A stretch of DNA of 25,876 bases. It comes from Oligoflexia bacterium (GTDB lineage Bacteria > Bdellovibrionota > Bdellovibrionia > JABDDW01). The notes below the pieces were generated by a model. That model worked only from the letters and a program-made list of their open reading frames with translations. It was not told the DNA's origin and did not search any database. Position 1 is the first letter of the stretch; each line of letters starts with the position of its first letter. Location of the stretch: NCBI GenBank assembly GCA_043732305.1, contig JAYTHU010000190.1, forward strand, positions 1-25,876, given 5' to 3'. Made by a program: the position numbers and the translations under genes. This document shows positions 25,376 through 25,876 of this stretch, piece after piece.

Positions 25376-25876
25376 AAAAGTTTTCGCTTTTTTAACTCAA
25401 TCAATAACTCTTCTAAAAGCTCGGAAGGTTTTTTGTTTTCTGAACTTAAAACTAAAAAACGGGGAGCTTCTTCCTTGGCTAACGCCAAAAATTCATCTCG
25501 GACTGTTTTATGAAACTTCTTTTTTTCATTCTCAAATCGATCGGTTTCACCGCGCGATTTGCTGCGAGAAAGCCCTGTCTCGACAGAACAATCAACGAGC
25601 ACGGTCAAATCTGGTTTTAAATTTTGCGTGGCAAATTTATTTAGCCATCGGACATCATCTTTGGAAATCTTGCGGCCGGCCCCTTGAAATGCAATGCTGG
25701 AGTCACTAAAGCGATCGCTCAGAACCCAAACTCCTCGCTCTAATAGCGGTTTGATCTTGGTTTTGACGTGATGCGCACGATCGGCTTCATAAATAAGAAG
25801 TTCGGCTTCCGGGCAGGGTGGCGTTCCGGTGGTGCGGAGTAGAATTTGTCGAAGTTCTTGACCAAAGTCTGTCCCG
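25372..25876 (-). CDS. tmk: Thymidylate kinase (5' end lies outside the window)
   Basis: The frame of the 78-aa track ORF stays open to the window edge, reading GTDFGQELRQILL...AELLIYEADRAHHV...VLSDRFSDSSIAFQGAGR; ATGA overlap with holB. Confidence 0.95.
   Translation of the reverse strand, partial: GTDFGQELRQILLRTTGTPPCPEAELLIYEADRAHHVKTKIKPLLERGVWVLSDRFSDSSIAFQGAGRKISKDDVRWLNKFATQNLKPDLTVLVDCSVETGLSRSKSRGETDRFENEKKKFHKTVRDEFLALAKEEAPRFLVLSSENKKPSELLEELLIELKKRKLL

Noticed and set aside
25372..25608. 78-aa standalone ORF in the track
   Set aside because: It is the C-terminal part of tmk, whose frame stays open to the window edge.
1..25876. CRISPR arrays, tRNA/rRNA genes, IS elements, integrases, defence or toxin genes
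   Set aside because: No repeat-spacer array, cloverleaf, terminal inverted repeats or relevant protein motifs were seen, and intergenic gaps are short.

Overview
Chromosomal window from a Gram-negative bacterium, most likely Bdellovibrionota. That assignment is an inference from deltaproteobacterial-type gene order, an FQNC lipoprotein and sigma28/sigma54 promoters on surface-protein genes. Two housekeeping blocks are clear: rimI-rimP-nusA-infB-rbfA-nrnA-truB-rpsO-pnp-M16 peptidase-dut (+, 4914-17288) and tmk(partial)-holB-metG-tatD (-, 21885-25876). Two envelope-gene clusters of mostly unknown function lie outside them. The first (286-4906) holds a sigma54-linked beta-barrel with a long Gln-rich/coiled-coil N-terminus and Tyr-Gly loops, an overlapping lipoprotein/NPA-barrel pair, a sigma54-driven secreted protein and a PPIase-less SurA-like chaperone. 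The second (17290-21877) holds a sigma28-driven FQNC Ig-like lipoprotein, a Yip1-like protein, an AHSMG lipase, a small barrel, a split zinc-ribbon membrane protein and a Ppm1/Dpm1-type glycosyltransferase. The most striking non-coding observations are a candidate SD-sequestering pseudoknot in the rpsO leader, a triplicated ATGTGG start region forming a 15-codon bridge between metG and tatD, and an 11-bp tandem repeat abutting the sigma28 promoter. No tRNA, rRNA, CRISPR array or mobile element was seen. No novel system is proven; the candidates below are hypotheses.
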